Virus record (IMG/VR): IMGVR_UViG_3300029288_004207
Span: 16,563-80,562 of that record
Length of the DNA: 64,000 nucleotides
Strand: one strand, 5' to 3'
Source: a virus
Lineage: Duplodnaviria; Caudoviricetes
The notes under the pieces are model-generated. The model saw nothing but the letters and a program-made list of their open reading frames with translations, searched no databases and was not told the origin of the DNA. This document shows, one piece after another, positions 62,733 through 64,000 of this stretch. The first letter of the stretch is position 1. Every line of letters starts with the position of its first letter. The translations under genes and the position numbers were made by a program.

Positions 62733-63638
62733 TTAGCGGTTTAATCTTAATTGTAAGTATTCAAGAACATCTTTAATTCCTAAGTCATTCATGCAATAAT
62801 CATATAATTTAGGGTGTAATCCTTTAAGAATATCAAATCTATTATTTTTTTCTTTATGTATCCCAAATAGGCAAAATATACATCCTGTATGGTCTACCCC
62901 TTTATCATATATATTACAATAAGGTATATTGTTTTGTTTAATGTAATCCCAATTATCTTTTTCAGTCCAAAAACCTAATGGAGTAGAAGATTCTCCACCT
63001 TCCAAGAATGAATTACATCCATGTTGTAAATATATACGTTCCCTTACCAATGAATCAACCGCCATAGTTCCGATAAAAGGAGATAACCCCGTTTCCTTCC
63101 TAAAAATTTTAAATGGTTTCTTTTTTAACATGTCACAACATTGTTCTGAAGTCTTAAATGGAGCATCTACGAGGAACTTCCATCTTTCACTGATTTTGAA
63201 TCTTCCATTTTTACCATTCCACCTAACATTTTTAAGATACTCGCTATGAGTTGTACGATATTGGCGAATATATAAAGCCTGTTCCTTTGATATAACTGGA
63301 TAACCATATTTATCTAGAACTTGTTTAAATGAAAGTTTGGGACGTATTATAGTGATGTTATCACTTGTACGAACAAATTTTTTTATTTCTGGATACTCTA
63401 ATCCAGTGTCAGAAAAAACAGCAGGAATATTAGGATAAATACTTCTTACTAAATGTTTCAATACAGTAGAGTTTAATCCACCACTAAAACTAATATAAAC
63501 ATTACCATTCATTCTACGATAGAATTGACGTATTTTCATTTTACTAATAAACACCTTTTCTAAAAGAGGTAATGATTGTTTATCTATTAAACATTTCTTA
63601 GTAACCATATTGTTAGTATTTATTAAATTAGATGACAT
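62733..63638 (-). CDS. PAPS-reductase-family (PP-loop) protein
   Basis: YISFSGGLNS, DTGLEYPE, CCDMLKKKP, TGCIFC. Confidence 0.88.
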   Translation of the reverse strand: MSSNLINTNNMVTKKCLIDKQSLPLLEKVFISKMKIRQFYRRMNGNVYISFSGGLNSTVLKHLVRSIYPNIPAVFSDTGLEYPEIKKFVRTSDNITIIRPKLSFKQVLDKYGYPVISKEQALYIRQYRTTHSEYLKNVRWNGKNGRFKISERWKFLVDAPFKTSEQCCDMLKKKPFKIFRKETGLSPFIGTMAVDSLVRERIYLQHGCNSFLEGGESSTPLGFWTEKDNWDYIKQNNIPYCNIYDKGVDHTGCIFCLFGIHKEKNNRFDILKGLHPKLYDYCMNDLGIKDVLEYLQLRLNR

Positions 63639-63640
63639 AT

Positions 63641-63883
63641 CTATTTATTACCTGTTTTAGACGCATTAGAATCAATAACAGATGGCTTTATAGAGGTAAA
63701 GCGACCACTTCTATCTCTTGGTTGTGGAATTAAAGGGTGAATAGTTATTCTACCACAAGAGTTACAGATATATTGTTGATGCTTTGTTTTCTTAGTGTTG
63801 TCAAAATTATCCCTTGCCCATTTTAACCCGAATTTTGCCAAAGAAGGCAATTTACATTTAGGACATCTAAGATTATTAGTCAT
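63641..63883 (-). CDS. InsA-like Zn-ribbon protein
   Basis: CPKC..KFG..QQYICNSC; promoter TTGACT-17-TATTAT at 63934-63906. Confidence 0.75.
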   Translation of the reverse strand: MTNNLRCPKCKLPSLAKFGLKWARDNFDNTKKTKHQQYICNSCGRITIHPLIPQPRDRSGRFTSIKPSVIDSNASKTGNK

Positions 63884-64000
63884 ACAACCCCCTATCTACC
63901 TAACAATAATAGCATACAATGGTGCAAAAGTCAAGTGATGATGAATGTAGAAAAATACTGGAATAAAAAGTGTGGAATAGAAGGTGTTGTCATGCCCCCC

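Noticed and set aside
63990-64000. Genome terminus (GCCCCC) as an inverted terminal repeat
   Set aside because: The window edge is arbitrary and there is no matching sequence at the start.
1-64000. tRNA, rRNA, integrase/att sites, holin/endolysin
   Set aside because: None recognised by eye; a tRNAscan-SE and HMM search would be needed to exclude them firmly.

Overview
The window looks like most of the genome of a large, AT-rich, non-tailed DNA virus or virus-like element. No HK97 capsid, portal, terminase, holin/endolysin or integrase is recognisable. Near-consensus sigma70 promoters and GGAGG ribosome-binding sites point to a bacterial host, probably Chloroflexota/Dehalococcoidia, inferred from a host-like 932-aa surface protein. 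The main hidden feature, missed by the ORF track, is a 67-aa two-helix hydrophobic protein gene (3852-4490) split by two ORF-less group I introns. Removing both introns restores a clean reading frame whose architecture resembles spindle-shaped-virus or inovirus-type major coat proteins. Other modules: a free-standing NUMOD3+Vsr-like endonuclease; a solo TnpB; nine tandem tiny basic ORFs; a 3275-aa polyvalent protein (repeats, NUDIX, HAD, intein with a Vsr-like nuclease); a membrane/spike operon with a Zot/pI-like ATPase; a ~19-kb glycosylation island; two IS1595 elements, one complete with 25-bp IRs, an 8-bp TSD and radical-SAM cargo; host-like surface proteins; and a minus-strand replication block with a divergent protein-primed/pipolin-like PolB, a separate DEDD exonuclease, a frameshifted RNA ligase and a PAPS-reductase-like protein. 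All family assignments come from motif recognition by eye; no database search or folding program was run.
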